From positions 8,895-72,894 of the forward strand of contig CAIMPC010000062.1 of the NCBI GenBank assembly GCA_903843285.1: a DNA stretch of 64,000 nt, in the 5' to 3' direction. Positions within the stretch are counted from its first letter, which is position 1, and each line of letters begins with the position of its first letter. A program made the translations under genes and the position numbers. The notes beneath the pieces were generated by a model. The model was not told the DNA's origin and searched no databases. It saw only the letters and a list, made by a program, of their open reading frames with translations. The DNA comes from Candidatus Omnitrophota bacterium (lineage in GTDB: Bacteria; Omnitrophota; Gorgyraeia; 2-01-FULL-45-10). Shown one piece after another: positions 61,665 through 64,000 of this stretch.

Positions 61665-61789
61665 CCCCACTATAAAGACGCGAAAAGGGGTGAAATTGTT
61701 GCAAAGTATTTTAAAATAGTTTGATTTGGGACAGGTTTAATCTTAAAAAAGGGGACACGTTGAAGGTTGGATTCGGCAAACGGTACAAG
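61665..61789. repeat. copy E, long form (~125 nt) of the island repeat. It is a direct repeat of 59067-59193.
   Basis: Begins 5 nt after the stop of the large upstream gene and ends 36 nt before the ORF6N start codon. Contains the AT-rich near-palindrome AAGTATTTTAAAATAGTT. Confidence 0.75.
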
Positions 61790-61795
61790 AGTGGG

Positions 61796-64000
61796 TTAGG
61801 CGCTGCGGGAGGCTTTGTCCATTGCGCTGAGCATCTTACTGATGGCTTCGGCGACGTCTCTGAATATCTTAAAGAATCCGAAGTAGCCGGATAGCTTCTT
61901 TATGCTATTATCATTTTCCTTATAGCCTATCGCGACGAACGCGCCCTTCATAATTATCGAGGCAAGCAGGTTAGTCAGGTTAATCTTTTCGACTGCGACT
62001 ACTGTATCGGCATTCATGCCTTTTCTATTGATAAGGGCATATGCCAGGGTGCCTTCACGGCCCTTCTCACGCGTATTCACAGCGTCCGCGCCTATCATAT
62101 TTATCTCATTGCCGGTATCGGTGTCTTCTAATAGGATGGCGATATTGCCAACCTTTACATTATTGGCTTCCATGGCAGACCGTATGGCATCCGATGGATT
62201 AACGCCCTCACCTACCAACACGACAGAGACTCCCGGCACATTCTTCTCGAGCGCGCTTTGCTGTTGGGCATCTCTGGCTATGAGAACCATCCTGGCTACA
62301 TTATTATTCTTCTCGGCATAGCCTAATGCTTCCCGGAATTCTCCACGAAGCTGGCCCTTATCCTTATCGAACACACTATTGCCATCGAACGCCAATATTA
62401 CAGTATCGCGGACTATGCTCGCCCTGTGTAATTTGCCAAGGGCTTCGAAGAGGCCCTCTAAACTGCCCGACTTATCCCTTAACACACCCTCTATCATGGC
62501 GTAAGCGCCGGTCACATTAACATCCTCTTTTGAATATACGCCATTGGCATATGTAAACGTATGCTGTTCCATCAGCTCACCGCTCTTAACAAACGCCGCG
62601 AGCGGCACAGCCGGCATCTTAAGGACCTTAAAACTGCCATCCGGCAATATGACCATCGATCCGGCATCGCCCAGTTTGGCGAAGTTTGCCCTGTCCGCGT
62701 CGAATTCCGCATCATTAGCAGGCATAACGGGATGGGAGTGGATCAACCAGCGCGTATTCGCATTAAACAGGACGGTAGACTTATAGTCATAGGAAGCGGC
62801 TGTAGCGTCAAAGACGATGGCGGCATTCCTGAAGGCATATGCGACCTTACCATCAGATCCGACAGAGAACGCGACCTCGTATAAGCCCTTGCCTATCGCC
62901 GTAGTCATATTGTTCCTTATCGTTTCATCGGGGAAGTCTGCGACATGGCTATCTATATACTCTTTAACCTTATCGCCCACTTTATCGCCTTTTTTGAGCG
63001 CTATATCGAAGCTTCTGCCGCCGATCTCTATCGTGTATGTCATATCCTCAGCGGCGATACCGTTACTTGCCAAACCCTGCATCCTGGTAATCTCGATGGC
63101 CGATTCTCTCGACACCGTATCGACACCACCAACCTTAGTGGCATTTGTAAGGCGTTCGGCTTTGGTCTGAGTCTTTTCGATAATCTTAGTTACGGTTTCG
63201 GGAGTTGCAGGCTCGCCGAGCAGGCTGGACTGAGCCATCATAATGCCGGGTCCGAGCGGCCCAACTCCGATCAATCCGTTTCTGAGCGCATCGATATTTT
63301 CCGGATGCGCTAATCTCTCGCTAATTGGCCCAAAGCTCGGAGCAAATTTGGCTGTGAATTCCGCGCGCTTCTCATCATTAAATTTACTCAAGGCGAGGCC
63401 AAGCGGGTTCTCGCCTGATTTATAACCGAAGAATTCCCTCTGGGTTATCTTATAAAGGTTGTCATGCGTATTAGTAGGTGTCACGGATTCCAATACTTCG
63501 TGGAGTATGTATTCCTGGATAAGCTTATTTCCATAAGGGGTGGGGGCGACCATCTTCGAGAGATATTCGATCACGTCCGCGGCGAGGGCTATTCCACCTC
63601 TCTTACCGAATCCTAAGAGATGCCCTGTGATCGGCTCGACTCTCGCAGTGAAGTATGAGATCATCGCGGCTCTTGTCTCGGGATTATTAAGCTTGCTCAA
63701 CATAGCCAGTGCGTCAGGATAAGAATCTGAGCTTATACCAGCCGGAGGACCTCTATTCATAGCCGTATCAAATAATTGCCTTATAGCCTGAGTCACCGCA
63801 TCCTCGACAACTTTATCTACACCTTCCAATTTCTGCACCAATCCGGAGGCGAATACCGCCTCGATAGACTCAGCGGCGTCTACCCTATCCTTCAGCCAGC
63901 CTTTAGCTATCTCTCCACCTCCGCCGGGTGATACGATAGGAGGAGCCTGCTTCTCAATCGCACTCACCCCCCAATCTACAGTAATTTCTCCTATATTATT
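61796..64000 (-). CDS. large hypothetical protein (at least 723 aa) with no recognisable family. The 5' end is unresolved and may continue past the window edge.
   Basis: Uninterrupted minus-strand frame from the window edge to TAA at 61796-61798. The candidate GTG at 63965-63967 has a poor SD. It contains a WLIHSHPVMPANDAEFD segment that loosely fits the JAMM/MPN H-x-H-x(n)-D signature. Ala/Gly-rich. Confidence 0.55.
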   Translation of the reverse strand, partial: NNIGEITVDWGVSAIEKQAPPIVSPGGGGEIAKGWLKDRVDAAESIEAVFASGLVQKLEGVDKVVEDAVTQAIRQLFDTAMNRGPPAGISSDSYPDALAMLSKLNNPETRAAMISYFTARVEPITGHLLGFGKRGGIALAADVIEYLSKMVAPTPYGNKLIQEYILHEVLESVTPTNTHDNLYKITQREFFGYKSGENPLGLALSKFNDEKRAEFTAKFAPSFGPISERLAHPENIDALRNGLIGVGPLGPGIMMAQSSLLGEPATPETVTKIIEKTQTKAERLTNATKVGGVDTVSRESAIEITRMQGLASNGIAAEDMTYTIEIGGRSFDIALKKGDKVGDKVKEYIDSHVADFPDETIRNNMTTAIGKGLYEVAFSVGSDGKVAYAFRNAAIVFDATAASYDYKSTVLFNANTRWLIHSHPVMPANDAEFDADRANFAKLGDAGSMVILPDGSFKVLKMPAVPLAAFVKSGELMEQHTFTYANGVYSKEDVNVTGAYAMIEGVLRDKSGSLEGLFEALGKLHRASIVRDTVILAFDGNSVFDKDKGQLRGEFREALGYAEKNNNVARMVLIARDAQQQSALEKNVPGVSVVLVGEGVNPSDAIRSAMEANNVKVGNIAILLEDTDTGNEINMIGADAVNTREKGREGTLAYALINRKGMNADTVVAVEKINLTNLLASIIMKGAFVAIGYKENDNSIKKLSGYFGFFKIFRDVAEAISKMLSAMDKASRSA

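Noticed and set aside
61627-61704. N-terminal extension of the ORF6N ORF as given in the track ([26 protein letters not shown]…)
   Set aside because: The extension is a translation of the conserved island repeat E. A proper RBS and ATG lie at 61626, and ORF6N homology begins there.
59000-64000. GC-content island signature for the accessory region
   Set aside because: By eye the 723-aa gene is about 50% GC, similar to the acs genes. Only the intergenic and repeat parts are AT-rich. I cannot support a compositional anomaly without computation.

Overview
This 64 kb window is a bacterial chromosomal segment of roughly 45-50% GC. Every gene I can support lies on the minus strand: about 60 CDS, one tRNA and no plus-strand genes.

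Gene order, reading the minus strand from high to low coordinate:
- An accessory island upstream of recA, at about 59.0-64.0 kb.
- recA-recX-alaS.
- A fused his-trp supraoperon: hisD, hisB, hisH, hisA, hisF, hisI, trpE, trpG, trpD, trpC, trpF, trpB, an unknown 133-aa ORF, trpA.
- A housekeeping block: a GMP-pyrophosphorylase-like gene, ruvX, an M16 peptidase, rpe, a PGM/PMM gene, lepA, lepB, pgsA, plsY, polA, glgA, coaE, rho, rpmE, prfA, prmC, murA, rpsP, trmD, rplS, rnhB.
- An acetogenic-type cluster for the methyl branch of the Wood-Ljungdahl pathway plus the carbonyl branch's acetyl-CoA synthase/corrinoid iron-sulfur protein: fhs, fchA, folD, metF, acsB, acsC, RACo, cooC, acsD, acsE, panB, panE, a second acsE-like gene, and a free-standing DRTGG/P-loop protein resembling the Pta N-terminus. 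No CODH catalytic subunit lies in the window.
- apbE, mnmA, larE, a tRNA-Met(CAU), a small secreted protein, a NUDIX gene, an HI0933-type flavoprotein, tilS, and the 5' part of ftsH.

The most unusual region is the decayed, cassette-like accessory island immediately upstream of recA. It is bounded by two ~125-nt direct repeats. Shorter ~60-nt copies of the same repeat sit directly 3' of each stop codon inside it, and one more sits after larE at 4.3 kb. The island holds:
- An N-terminally truncated zeta-toxin/COG4185-like ATPase remnant with a 45-aa Phd/YefM-like mini-ORF.
- Two recently duplicated paralogs of an unknown small coiled-coil protein built from perfect LDxHxQx heptads. One paralog is expanded by 42-bp in-frame tandem repeats.
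- An ORF6N-domain gene cut short by an in-frame TAG, with what looks like the conserved C-terminal tail still encoded downstream.
- An unrecognised protein of at least 723 aa that runs to the window edge.

A second, unrelated family of small palindromic REP/MITE-like units (GTCATYCTGA-hairpin-GAAGRATCT) occupies at least five intergenic sites.
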